A stretch of DNA of 64,000 nucleotides from Phallusia mammillata (taxonomy: Eukaryota). Below are positions 1-12,661 of this stretch, piece after piece. The position numbers and the translations under genes were made by a program. Where the stretch lies: positions 26,226,001 to 26,290,000 of the forward strand of contig OZ281496.1 of the NCBI GenBank assembly GCA_965637545.1, written 5' to 3'. The first letter of the stretch is position 1; each line of letters begins with the position of its first letter. Under the pieces are notes generated by a model that was not told where the DNA came from, searched no databases, and was given only the letters and a program-made list of their open reading frames with translations.

Positions 1-394
1 TCTTTCCAGTTTAGTAAACGTTCCTACAGCCCCTAACTGGCTTTGAAGACTTGCTGTAGATCTAGAAACCTGTACACAAAGGTTGTTTAGTTGTTTATCT
101 TTGTTACAAGTGGTTGACTTACCATAGCATAAACACCTATAAATCCTACAATCGTTGTCAAAAATAGAGCACAAATAATTCCAAAAAACCACCGTTTTAA
201 ACCTTTTTCCTTTTTCTCAAAGTTGCCCACCAATTTCGCTTGTTGTTCTAGAAAATTATTTTACATTATTTCTTGAAAACCAACTTCATTATAATACTTA
301 TACGTTGATCCGGAAGTGAAGGTTGACCAAGGTTGCAGCTCTCGTTTTCGGTGGTAATTGTTGTGTATTTAGTGCAAGCCATATCACTTGACAT
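1..394 (-). CDS. L0: type II EGF/C-type lectin receptor, 5' exons only (gene continues off the window start)
   Basis: Exons 394-304 (MSSDMACTKYTTITTENESCNLGQPSLPDQ), 247-123 ([44 protein letters not shown] helix) and 69-<1 (stalk). GT-AG introns of 56 and 53 nt in consistent phase. Near-identical to the 5' half of L1. Confidence 0.85.
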
Positions 395-657
395 TGTTGT
401 AGAACTACGGAGTTATCTCAAACGGTCCCAAAATAAAGTCCTGCACTATTAAACGAAATTGGTTACTCTACTGAATATTTCACTTCTGCCAACTTAATCT
501 TTTAAAAAACTGACTTTATATCTCTGTCATAAGCGGTATGCAATGACGATAAATACAAACGACAGGTTAACATTGCGCTTAATTTGTTAAAACTTCGAAA
601 AAAGGTGAAGGGGCGGAATCACCACGATTTAGTGCAAGCAATTTTAATTATACAAGC

Positions 658-675
658 CTCAACGAGAAACGCAAT
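658..675. promoter_or_regulatory. Shared upstream motif CTCAACGAGAAACGCAAT of the L0/L1/L2/L3 lineage
   Basis: Same block upstream of L0 (658-675), L1 (~5774-5791) and L2 (11431-11448), and as CAACGAGAA upstream of the more diverged L3 (15682-15690). Regulatory function is inferred only from conservation and position. Confidence 0.3.
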
Positions 676-1699
676 ATAAAACACCAATCTTCAATCTTCG
701 CCTATTTATTGGCAGAGAAGGGAAATGCCCAACAAAATGCAGCAATTCAATCAATTCAAATGATTGGTATTTGTTTTTGAAATTTAAGTTCAAACGCCAT
801 ATTTTCTCCTTTGAATATGTTTTCCCATGCGTTCGGGGTCAAGATCGTGTTTTCAAGCTTTAGCAATTGCCTTTTTAACACAATTCTGACGAAGCCGTGT
901 TATTAACAGTTTGAAACATTTTGTGACTGTACAAACTTTTGAAATCCCCAACGACTGTGTTTAATTCAAACATATGTTTGTAACGAAAAAGTTTAGAAAA
1001 CATGAAATTTCATCGTTTTGAAAACAAATGACAAGATATGCATTTTATTGTTATTTACACTAAATAAGTGAATCTAAATTTGCTTTAGATTGTAACACGT
1101 TTGCAACTAAATTCACAATGGAAGGCTTACCCTTCCGGTCAAGATGTTAGACTTTTTTTTAGGAAAATTATTACACTTTTGCAGCGAACTTTCTCTCTCT
1201 CACTGGACAACGGATTACTAACACACCAACGGTGGATATTTAACGTGAAGTTGAAATAGCATTTGATTGAATCCTAAAGTTGCAGGTAAAATTTATAGTG
1301 TACACCGGTGTGTAATAAATTACATCGAAAAACATGCTGAGAGAGACTTAAAAAATATTTTACTTCGTACACCGACTTGTAGGCTAACCCTTAAAACCCC
1401 ATAGAGCCTAACGTTTAAAATGTAGGGGTTGTGCGGACCGCAATATCCATACTATTACTATTGGCCCTGTTCCAACGTTGCTCACAATAATGTTTTAAAC
1501 ATATCAGCAATACCCTTTTTAAAGACTTTAGTGACCAGCTTTAGCTTACGTAAAATTTAATTGGGAAACCACTGCTCTAAAAGCAACTGACACTCTTAAC
1601 AAGTTCTCAGTAATTGTGGACGACATTACCATGCCAACCTTTTAGCCGGACAGGTCCTGTGAAAAGCATTTATATTAACATTCACTTATAGGATGCCTA

Positions 1700-2060
1700 T
1701 ATGCATGAACAATGGTTTGCGATGGTAATTACAAACTGCAAATCTGTCTTGTAGTTGCTCAATTGGTCATAGTTGGCTCACTAGGATGAAGATCAATATT
1801 GGTTGTTGTCAAGAAAACACTATCATGATATATCCGTTTACGCCATTTTGATACGTGAATAAATTTGGCCGCTGCTGTTTTGGGTATTCAACGTTATGTG
1901 CTAGAAGCCCAACATGTTTTTGTTATTTTCCTGAAAAATTGGCGTGTTCTGAGAATCGATTATATAATTGCGAACAGCTAGGTATCTCGTTCATTATGTC
2001 GCGAAATCTCTATTAAATGACATAATTTCTCGCGCCTGTCCAATTACTTGGTTCTCTGTA
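1700..2060 (-). pseudogene. Decayed CTLD exon pair (relic); duplicate at ~6820-7185
   Basis: Minus strand reads ACC AAT ATT GAT CTT CAT CCT AGT GAG CCA (TNIDLHPSEP, cf. [10 protein letters not shown]) at ~1770-1805 and AAT TGG ACA GGC GCG AGA AAT TAT (NWTGARNY, cf. NWANARRY) at ~2020-2050, with stops and frameshifts. Collinear with the relic at 17700-18105. Confidence 0.55.
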
Positions 2061-3065
2061 CCGGCTCAGTTGGCCCAAATAGCCGCTTCCTATATCGTTT
2101 GGCGCGTCACGATAAAATCAGTACTGGTTGTTAACAATGTTCTGCGTCAAGGACGCGAGCCGAGCCAATTCGCGACAATCCAATGCAGCTTAAGTTGCGT
2201 AATTGGGACATTGAGTGTATATTCTAAAAATATATTGAATGTAAATTTTGTTTATTTTTAACCACGCAGTTGTTTTGACAAACTGGTAAAAACCATTTTG
2301 CGTGGACGAATAATTTGATTTTTTGTTCTTATCAACCGTGCGAATTTTGGGTACAATTAATGTTTTTTTTTTCAACTAATACGAAAAACTTATGATATTT
2401 CTTTTTCAAAATTAGACTGGGGTTTCTTGAAAACTGTGCAGACCCTTTCCTTTTTAAATGTTAACAAACTTTATTAAGTTTTCTTTATTCACTATATATT
2501 TGCAATGTATTTGGGAAACTGTTCGAACAAAAGCGCCGAATGACAAATACAATTCCATATGCGTTTGTTTACAGACGTTTACAACCAACCGAATAATTTG
2601 CGACAGTGAACGAAAACTCCAATTATTATGTTTGCAGAAAACGATTTAGTAACATACATTATATTTCAATGTTTGCATATTGGTCGTGCTGCGACTATAT
2701 TTAATCCAACTTTACGCAACAATCTTTCAAAACAAAGTTATAGCAGATTGTTTAAAAGAATCAAGAAATTTTAACATTGCGCTAAAGGCGACACCAGTGA
2801 CTTAAATGTTTACAGTTTCATTTACAAAATATTGCCTCATAATATTGTGACCAGGGATGAACACACTTGAAACTGAAGTAATTTTATGTTCAAAGTCCAC
2901 AAACAAATTGAAAAGGTGATTTTGGGTGATTGGTCCGTTTGCACTTGAAATGGTTAACATATAAAAAAATAATTAAGAAACATGTTAACTAACATTGAAA
3001 GTATAAATGTGACTGCCATGAGATTTTAAACGCGTTACCAAGGCAAAAATCGCTCACTAAGGCAA

Positions 3066-5510
3066 TCATTGTTCACAGATTGCCAATTTGTTACTACTAC
3101 ATGGGTGATCATCCATTGCAAAATCTTGAACATAGTAAAGATGGCCACAGTCCCCACTGTTGTTTGGCTCACCAGGATAAAAATCGGTGTTGGTGTTGGT
3201 CCTGGGAACTCCATCTATATATTTCCAGACTCCTTCCCGTTCAAGGTCATTCAAACCAATCCAGTAGTCCCCGGGGAGTCGCGTTTTGATCAAATAGGTA
3301 ACAATCCAGCTTAGTATGTAAAGAATATTATTAATAAAGCCACCCACTACAGAGGTCGTCAACCGTTTTTGCACTGTGTTATTAAACAGAAATTTTATCG
3401 CGGGCCGACATGAAAAGAAAACAAATGTTCAGCAATAAAGTTATGTTACTGGTCATATGAGCTTCTATGCGGTTGACAAAGCAACCGTATGTAAGGATTG
3501 CATTATATAAATCATTTTATCATCCCTGGGATGGACCGACTGCTACAAAAATGTTGCGAAGCATTTAACGTAAAAAAGTAGAAGGCCCGTTAACGAACTC
3601 CTCACAGACCTGCATCCGGTCACCCGGTGGTTGCCGACCACTGACCTATAAAGCATTTGCACGTTTGACAGCAATTTTCACGTATTTATGCCCTAACCTA
3701 AAATAATCCAGCTATGTAACCCCACTGTTACTTACGTGGTTCATCGCAAAGTAATTTTACGAAAAAGCACTTTTTGAGACAAATGTTACGTACTTGCGAA
3801 CAGTCGCATTTCTCATTCCCCAGGTCGCCAAATCTCCACCAATTGACTGACAGTATCTCCTCGCGTTTGCCCAATTTCTTTTAGTGGTCATAATCACATG
3901 GTCATGCTCTAGCACAAAGTTATTACTTAACACTAATACATATTTTATGCAAATACATAACACTTTGATAGATACCTTGCTCACAATGGTTTCCTGAATG
4001 CCAAATGTTGCAAGAGCAGTTGTAGCCAGTACTGGTGTCCGAGCAAGTTCCGTTATGCTGACAAAGGCCGACATTAGTCGAGCAAAAATTGGGCCCTAAA
4101 AGTATTATTTTTAGGAATGTTTAGGAAATACGCTTTTTTGTTTTCTCGTTAAGCTTACGGCATTGTCTTCCATCTCCTGTGTAGTTTGCGTTGCATGAAC
4201 ATTGGAAACTACCCACTGTGTTGATACAAGTTGCGTGTTCATGACAGTTGTGTGTTCCAGTTGAACATTCATCAATGTCTGAAAATAGTTTTTTACCATT
4301 GTCTTTAGGCCAAATAAAATAACGTAACCGATACGATAACATGATAGACTGTGTTTTCGAAAAGTGGCTGAAAAAAGCTTCAACCAATACAACATACATT
4401 ATATTCTGATGCCTACCTTTTCCACAACGAATTCCACTGTACCCTGATGCACACAAACACTTGTAATGGCGGGACTCGATGATGAATAATCCACCATTAA
4501 GACAGGTAGCTAAAGTAAAAGAACGTGATATTGTTTGACAAGTTCGTTATGGGAGGTCAGGGCGTCACACAAATAATATGTACTACTTTTATCCAAGTTC
4601 TCGCTATATAAACGAATACATTTAGTCACGTTTTGTCGTGCAAGGTCACTTTCAAATAAGCTAATGTAATGCAGGAATTCAATATGTAAATAATTTTGTA
4701 AATCCCTTGTGTGTTGCGTGGAAGTTATGTGGATGTCTTCAAGTGAAAACTATTGGCCTACGTCAGTGGTTTCCAACCTGTTTTGTCCTGTTCACTCTTT
4801 TAGTCGATATTCAAATTTAATTCCCCTCTACAAATAGCTGCATTCCTGCCTTAAATCAATGATATGAGAACTTTCTTTTTCTCAGCTCATATATGGCAAT
4901 TGCAGCAATAACACATAGCACAGAAAACCACTAAGAGATTAATATTGGGACACAAATTTCCCCCTACAAATTACAAAATTCCCCCCTGGTTGAGAACCAC
5001 TACGTTGCTCTTTAAGGTTATACAGCACCCATACGCTTAGTTGTTTCCCGTTGTTATTACTAAGTCTATCTTACATAGGGAACCAAGTGCTTCAAAAATG
5101 TGTACTTACTATTGTGTCTTTCCAGTTTAGTAAACGTTCCTACAGCCCCTAACTGGCTTTGAAGACTTGCTGTAGATCTAGAAACCTGTACACAAAGGTT
5201 GTTTAGTTGTTTATCTTTGTTACAAGTGGTTGACTTACCATAGCATAAACACCTATATATCCTACAATCGTTGTCAAAAATAGAGCACAAATAATTCCAA
5301 AAAAACACCGTTTTAAACCTTTTTCCTTTTTCTCAAAGTTGCCCACCAATTTCGCTTGTTGTTCTAGAAAATTATTTTACATTATTTCTTGAAAACCAAC
5401 TTCATTATAATACTTATACGTTGATCCGGAAGTGAAGGTTGACCAAGGTTGCAGCTCTCGTTTTCGGTGGTAATTGTTGTGTATTTAGTGTAAGCCATAT
5501 CACTTGACAT
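3066..5510 (-). CDS. L1: intact type II membrane protein, tail-TM-stalk-3 EGF-CTLD (327 aa)
   Basis: Exons 5510-5420, 5363-5239, 5185-5110, 4509-4417 (4-Cys EGF TCLNGG..CLC..RC), 4278-4159 (cbEGF DIDEC), 4095-3976 (EGF), 3908-3794 and 3309-3066 (CTLD with WIGLND, EPN, MDD and four core Cys). All introns GT-AG, total 984 nt, open frame. No signal peptide and one N-proximal hydrophobic helix. Confidence 0.92.
3350..3643. mobile_element. Old hAT-type MITE in the last intron of L1 (orthologous copies at 8483-8776 in L2 and 30236-30520 in L6)
   Basis: Ends CAG(A/G)GGTCG(T/G)CAACC ... GGTTGCCGACCACTG. TSD is degraded. Same intron position in three genes. Confidence 0.65.
4764..5002. mobile_element. 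hAT/Charlie-like MITE in L1 intron 3
   Basis: Terminal inverted repeats CAGTGGTTTCCAACC ... GGTTGAGAACCACTA. No clean 8-bp TSD found. Confidence 0.55.
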
Positions 5511-8500
5511 TGTTGTAGAACTACGGAGTTATCTCAAACGGTCCCAAAATAAAGTCCTGCACTATTAAACGAAATTGGTTACTCTACTGAATATTTCACT
5601 TCTGCCAACTTAATCTTTTAAAAAACTGACTTTATATCTCTGTCATAAGCGGTATGCAATGACGCTAAATGCAAACGACAGGTTAACCTTGCGCTTAATT
5701 TGTTAAAACTTCGAAAAAAGGTGAAGGGGCGGAATCACCACGATTTAGTGCAAGCAATTTTTATTATACAAGCCTCAACGAGAAACGCAATATAAAACAC
5801 CAATCTTCAATCTTCGCCTATTTATTGGCAGAGAAGGGAAATGCCCAACAAAATGCAGCAATTCAATCAATTCAAATGATTGGTATTTGTTTTTGAAATT
5901 TAAGTTCAAACGCCATATTTTCTCCTCTGAATATGTTTTCCCATGCGTTCTGGGTCAAGATCGTGTTTTCAAGCTTTAGCAATTGCCTTTTTAACACAAT
6001 TCTGACGAAGCCGTGTTATTAACGGTTTGAAACATTTTATGACTGTACAAACTTTTGAAATCCCCAACGACTGTGTTTAATTCAAACATATGTTTGTAAC
6101 GAAAAAGTTTAGAAAACATGAAATTTCATCGTTTTGAAAACAAATGACAAGATATGCATTTTATTGTTATTTACACTAAATAAGTGAATCTAAATTTGCT
6201 TTAGATTGTAACACGTTTGCAACTAAATTCACAATGGAAGGCTTACCCTTCCGGTCAAGATGTTAGACTTTTTTTTAGGAAAATTATTACACTTTTGCAG
6301 CGAACTTTCTCTCTCTCACTGGACAACGGATTACTAACACACCAACGGTGGATATTTAACGTGAAGTTGAAATAGCATTTGATTGAATCCTAAAGTTGCA
6401 GGTAAAATTTATATTGTACACCGGTGTGTAATAAATTACATCGAAAAACATGCTGAGAGAGACTTAAAATATTTTACTTCGTACACCGACTTGTAGGCTA
6501 ACCCTTAAAACGCCATAGAGCCTAACGTTTAAAGTGTTGAGGTTGTGCGGACCGCAATATCCATACTATTACTATTGGCCCTGTTCCAACGTTGCTCACA
6601 ATAATGTTTTACCATCTCTAAACATATCAGCAATACCCTTTTTAAAGACTTTAGTGACCAGCTTTAGCTTACGTAAAATTTAATTGGGAAACCACTGCTC
6701 TAAAAGCAACTGACACTCTTAACAAGTTCTCAGTAATTGTGGACGACATTACCATGCCAACCTTTTAGCCGGACAGGTCCTGTGAAAAGCATTTATATTA
6801 ACATTCACTTATAGGATGCCTATATGCATGAACAATGGTTTGCGATGGTAATTACAAACTGCAAATCTGTCTTGTAGTTGCTCAATTGGTCATAGTTGGC
6901 TCACTAGGATGAAGATCAATATTGGTTGTTGTCAAGAAAACACTATCATGATATATCCGTTTACGCCATTTTGATACGTGAATAAATTTGGCCGCTGCTG
7001 TTTTGGGTATTCAACGTTATGTGCTAGAAGCCCAACATGTTTTTGTTTTTTTCCTGAAAAATTGGCGTGTTCTGAGAATCGATTATATAATTGCGAACAG
7101 CTAGGTATCTCGTTCATTATGTCGCGAAATCTCTATTAAATGACATAATTTCTCGCGCCTGTCCAATTACTTGGTTCTCTGTATTGGCTCAGTTGGCCCA
7201 AATAGCCGCTTCCTATATCGTTTGGCGCGTCACGATAAAATCAGTACTGGTTGTTAACAATGTTCTGCGTCAAGGACGCGAGCCGAGCCAATTCGCGACA
7301 ATCCAATGCAGCTTAAGTTGCGTAATTGGGACATTGAGTGTATATTCTAAAAATATATTGAATGTAAATTTTGTTTATTTTTAACCACGCAGTTGTTTTG
7401 ACAAACTGGTAAAAACCATTTTGCGTGGACGAATAATTTGATTTTTTGTTCTTATCAACCGTGCGAATTTTAGGTACAATTAATGTTTTTTTTTCAACTA
7501 ATACGAAAAACTTATGATATTTCTTTTTCAAAATTAGACTGGGGTTTCTTGAAAACTGTGCTGACCCTTTCCTTTTTAAATGTTAACAAACTTTATTAAG
7601 TTTTTTTTATTCACTATATATTTGCAATGTATTTGGGAAACTGCTCGAACAAAAGCGGCGAATGACAAATACAATTCCATATGCGTTTGTTTACAGACGT
7701 TTACAACCAACCGAATAATTTGCGACAGAGCACGAAAACTCCAATTATTATGTTTGCAGAAAACGATTTGGTAACATACATTATATTTCAATGTTTGCAT
7801 ATTGGTCGTGCTGCGACTATATTTAATCCAACTTTACGCAACAATCTTTCAAAACAAAGTTATAGCAGATTGTTTAAAAGAATCAAGAAATTTTAACATT
7901 GCGCTAAAGGCGACGCCAGTAACTTAAATGTTTACAGTTTCATTTACAAAATATTGCCTCATAATATTGTGACCAGGGATGAACACACTTGAAACTGAAG
8001 TAATTTTATGTTCAAAGTCCACAAACAAATTGAAAAGGTGATTTTGGGTGATTGGTCCGTTTGCACTTGAAATGGTTAACATATAAAAAAATAATTAAGA
8101 AACATGTTAACTAACATGGAAAGTATAAATGTGACTGCCATGAGATTTTAAACGCGTTACCAAGGCAAAAATCGCTCACTAAGGCAATCATTGCTCACAG
8201 ATTGCCAATTTGTTACTACTACATGGGTGATCATCCATTGCAAATTCTTGAACATAGCAAAGATGGCCACAGTCCCCACTGTTGTTTGGCTCACCAGGAT
8301 AAAAATCGGTGTTGATGTTGGTCCTGGGAACTCCATCTATACATATATGTATATCCAATCTCCTTCCCGTTCAATAAGGTCATTCAAACCAATCCAGTAG
8401 TCCCCGGGGAGTCGCGTTTGGATCAAACAGGTAACAATCCAGCTAAGCATGTAAAGAATATTATTAATAAGACCACCCACTACAGAGGTCGTCAACCGTT

Positions 8501-9235
8501 TTTGCACTGTGTTATTAAACAGAAATTTTATCGCGGGCCGACATGAAAAGAAAACAAATGTTCAGCAATAAAGATATGTTACTGGTCATATGAGCTTCTA
8601 TGCGGTTGACAAAGCAACCGTATGTAAGGATTGCATTATATAAATCATTTTATCATGCCTGGAATGGACCGACTGCTACAAAAATGTTGCGAAGCATTTA
8701 ACGTAAAAAAGTAGAAGGCCCGTTAACGAACTCCTCACAGACCTGCATCCGGTCACCCGGTGGTTGCCGACCACTGACCTATAAAGCATTTGCACGTTTG
8801 ACAGCAATTTTCACGTATTTATGCCCTAACCTAAAATAATCCAGCTATGTAACCCCACTGTTACTTACGTGGTTTATCGCAAAGTAATTTTACGAAAAAG
8901 CACTTTTTGAGACAAATGTTACATACTTGCGAACAGTCACATTTCTTATTCCCCAGGTCGCCAAATCTCCACCAATTGACTTACAGTATCTCCTCGCGTT
9001 TGCCCAATTTCTTTTCGTGGTCATAATCACATGGTCATGCTCTAGCACAAAGTTATTTTATTAACACTAATTCATATTTTGTGCAAATACATAACACTTT
9101 GATAGATACCTTGCTCACAATGGTTTCCTGAATACCAAATGTTACAAGAGCAATTGTAGGCAGTACTGGTGTCCAAGCAAGTTCCGTTATTCTTGCAAAG
9201 GCCGACATTAGCCGAGCAAAAGTTGGGCCCTAAAA
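5117..9235. repeat. Segmental tandem duplication A, copy 2
   Basis: Near-identical to 1-~4100. Confidence 0.95.
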
Positions 9236-10810
9236 GTATGATTTTGAAGAAACGTGCAAGAAATTATGATACTTTGCTTCCTAATAAAGCTTACGGCATT
9301 GTCTTCCATCTCCTGTGTAGTTTGTGTTGCGTGTTGGTGACAGTTGTGTGTTCCACTCGTACATTCATCAAAATCTAAAAGGTATATTCAGAGTTAAATA
9401 AGGCACGTTTAGTTTCACACGGTGTAGTTTTGAGTTATGACCTAAAATGCATGGGCTATAGGGTTGACATGAAACAAAATAATGATTTCATTATTTAAAA
9501 TTTTCAAATGATATTTTACCCAATTTCAAACTAACAAATAACATTGCAAGACAGAAATCGCATAATGTTGTAAATATGTTGGCATATTTAAGGCCTTTTG
9601 TAAACGATTCGTGACTTTAACGTTGCTATGAGATGATCGATTTACTTCATGTGTGTCGGTTCCAGTGCAACATAAAACTTTGAAATTATTGGGAAGAAAC
9701 GCGATAAACGCGCTGCTCATCGCCCTAGCTAATAATGTGTGGCATTTCCCAGCTGCTATGTTTCACTTAATAGCTGGCAAAAATCATCTTTTACAGTATA
9801 TGGCTGTTTTTATGCACGCAAAACGTATCAAAGACAGTGTAAATTACAAAGGATCTCACGTGGTCTCCCCGATCCTCAGGAAGTTGGCCGTTGGTCGTAA
9901 CTTACCACATTGTCTTCCATTCGTTCACAAAATGCAACAACTGACTTTATCTGGTGCTATGTCTCATTGTTAACTCGCTTACCACACTGTGTTCCATTTC
10001 CTGTGTAGTTTGCGTTGCAGAAACATTGAAATCCGCCCACTGTGTTGATACAAGTTGCATGTCTATAGCAGTTGTGTGTTTTACTCAGGCATTCATCGAT
10101 ATCTGAAAATAGTTTTGCAATTAACTCATTAAGTTTTTGCATATTTTTGCTTTGGATAAGCACAAATGTGGAAATATCAATATTCATGCAAATAATGTCA
10201 ATAAAGAAACGTTTTACCGTTTTCGCAATGTTGCCCACCAAATCCCGAAGCACATACACACTTGTAATGGTTTAACTCAACAACAAAACTTCCGTTATTA
10301 AGGCAGGTACCTGAATGCAAAACAACAAATACATTATTTATACTGTACTTACTGCTTTGGCGTGAATGTTGTCAAATGGCGTATTATTCGAACTATTATA
10401 TTATTATTCTGTAGATAGTAGATCTAAAATCGTCTTTTTTACCTTTAAGTTGTTTTGAAGGCTTTGAAACCTGAAAATACATATTTCGGTTATTTGATGA
10501 ACACGCACCGTATGAAATGTTTTACTCACTATCACAAAAACTCCAATGAATCCACAAGTCGTTGCTGTAAAAAGGCCAAAAGTAATTCCCAGAAAGAGAC
10601 GTTTAGAAACTGAAACGTTTTTTACAAAATTGTTTGCCAATTGTGTTTCTTGTTTTGTGGGAATTGGAGTAGTTTTGCAATCTACAAAAAAAGCATATTA
10701 AATAAAGCACAGAGAAATAAACTGTCAACCTCAATGACCTGGACATGACTTCGATTACCTTCAAACATACATGTCTGATATCTTGGCTGTACATCTTCAT
10801 CGGACGCCAT
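8188..10810 (-). pseudogene. L2: disabled type II EGF/CTLD receptor gene
   Basis: Exons 10810-10759 (MASDEDVQPRYQTCMFE), 10681-10530 (TM), 10470-10443 (9-aa stalk), 10310-10218 (4-Cys EGF), 10102-9983 (cbEGF), 9374-9295 (cbEGF with a 40-nt deletion), 9229-9110 (EGF), 9041-8927 and 8442-8188 (CTLD). An 8-nt insertion in the last exon creates TAG at 8339-8337 before the EPN motif. Start codon assignment is tentative. Confidence 0.85.
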
Positions 10811-11488
10811 CCTTCATCCTAATTGGACAATCGATTGTACTTTTGTACAGGTGTAATGCGGGTTGCAGTTTGCTTACTGCGTTGCAAAACATGATTTTGT
10901 GATGAATAGGAAATGACGCTAGCAAAACAACCTATATTAACGATTTTAGGGAGTCGAACACCCGCACAGTAACTATAATTACATGGACAAAACAGTATTA
11001 TCGGGTGTGGGTGTGCGTTTGTGTACGCTGGTTATCTATGTCCGTGTTCTATGTGCACTAGGATCCATGCCATTACCGCAGTGCCTTCCATGTTTTGGAT
11101 GCTTCAAACGGGATAACAATCATATTTATTAACAATGCATTTCCCATGTTACATTCATAAAAATCTGAAACGTACAGTTGACATTGTTGTAAAACTACGA
11201 ACTTATATCCGTCGGTCCCAGAATAAAGTCATGCACTTCTAAACGAAATTGCTGGTTACTTCACTGAATATTTCAATTCTGTCTTTTCATTTCTGCAAAA
11301 ACAGGTACAATAACGCTAAACTGCCAACGACGGGTTAAACTTTGCATTTAACTTGGTTGAAACTCAAAAAAAGCGAAAGTGCATGTTGGAATCACCACAA
11401 TTTAGTGCAAAATTTTATTATTGCACAAACCTCAACGAGAAACGCAATATAAAGGAGCAATTTTCGATCTTCGCTTATTTATTTATCT

Positions 11489-12016
11489 CAGTGGTTCCCA
11501 ACCGCCGGTCCGCGTAAATATTTTGCCGGTCCCCAAATTATTTTACTTTATTTATACTTTTTAAAGTAGGCCTATTGCAAAGTTGTTGGTACTTATTGAA
11601 AAGTTGTTGACTGTAAAACTGGGGTAGCTCTCCATCGTTGATATCCGCAAAATTATTTAATAAAGCTTTTGTGCCGTTTATGATTGTTTTTTTTATAAAC
11701 TGCGTTTAGCATTCAACGTTTTTTTTTGTAAAGCAAAGTTATTCTTCACTTTTAAGATTGAGATTCATACTGAAAGCTAAACAACAGCAAACATCCCACT
11801 AATATTGATTTTGTATGTAAATAGATTGGCGTTTTGTTGTTAAAGTTGATTGCCGTTTGGTTGCAATTTTTCGTCCTAAATACATCGGCTATGACTAAAC
11901 CTTGCATTACGTTGCGCAACGACAACTTTGGTGAACAAATAGCATACAAATATCTGTTGCATTTACTACGATCTTTTGTTGCCGGTCCGGTGGCGTAGAA
12001 AGGTTGGGAACCACTG
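11489..12016. mobile_element. Non-autonomous hAT element (MITE), 528 bp
   Basis: TIR CAGTGGTTCCCAAC / GTTGGGAACCACTG with 8-bp TSD ATTTATCT at 11481-11488 and 12017-12024. Confidence 0.9.
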
Positions 12017-12661
12017 ATTTATCTGACCAGTCTCACAAAGTTGTTTAAAACAATTTTCGTATATTTTAGTTGGTCAACCTGAACATACAATGATGTGCGT
12101 TTCCCATATCGGACGTTGGTTTGTTGGCAATGTACCTGGAAATTAAAACAGCAGCACAATGGAAGCTAAAGAGAAACTGGCAGGTTTGTTTCCCAATTTA
12201 CATGTAGTTTACATATTACGTGTACAATGTTGCATGGGCCTAATGTTTTTTTGAAGGGGGTTTTTGAATTGAGTATCCGTTGTTAGTCTTTCATATCACT
12301 TATGTTGATGATGGCATAAGGGCATAAGCGATCGCCATAACGTCTGAGAAAAAATCATGTGGGCTTTTGTATTCATACTGCGACAGTCATAACAAAAGTA
12401 TGATTATTTGGATGAGATGCGCTAATACACACGCGTTCAGACGTGTACAACTGATTAATTGCGACAAAACACGTGACAATTTGTACAGTGTACATTTACT
12501 GAGTTATAAGATCAGGTATCTTTACCAACATGTTACGAAACGGTTTTGGTAATGAAATCTCAGCAACTTTGAGATGCATTGTACAGACAGTATAGATACC
12601 AAAATTATGGGGTAACTTGTTTGTGATATATATGCTTGCTTATGTTGTGGTTCAAAGCGGT

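Larger units (their letters stand above)
1..4100. repeat. Segmental tandem duplication A, copy 1 (copy 2 at 5117-~9235)
   Basis: Position 1 aligns to 5117 (offset 5116-5123) with only scattered substitutions and indels. Identity falls off in the EGF3 exon and the intron beyond it. Confidence 0.95.

Noticed and set aside
1968-2261. 97-aa ORF present twice (also 7091-7384), and neighbouring ORFs at 2458/7580/29301
   Set aside because: Repetition is explained by recent segmental duplication. The first overlaps an antisense CTLD relic, and none resembles a known domain.
3069-3314. Plus-strand ORFs overlapping CTLD exons (also 8191, 12617, 18496, 30030) and minus-strand ORFs over L8/L9 exons
   Set aside because: Antisense shadows of real coding exons; no independent domain or splice support.
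3909-3932. Alternative upstream acceptor for L1 exon 7 (43-nt intron, adds 8 aa)
   Set aside because: In frame, but the 67-nt intron matches the paralogs and the typical minimum intron size here; the shorter exon was preferred.
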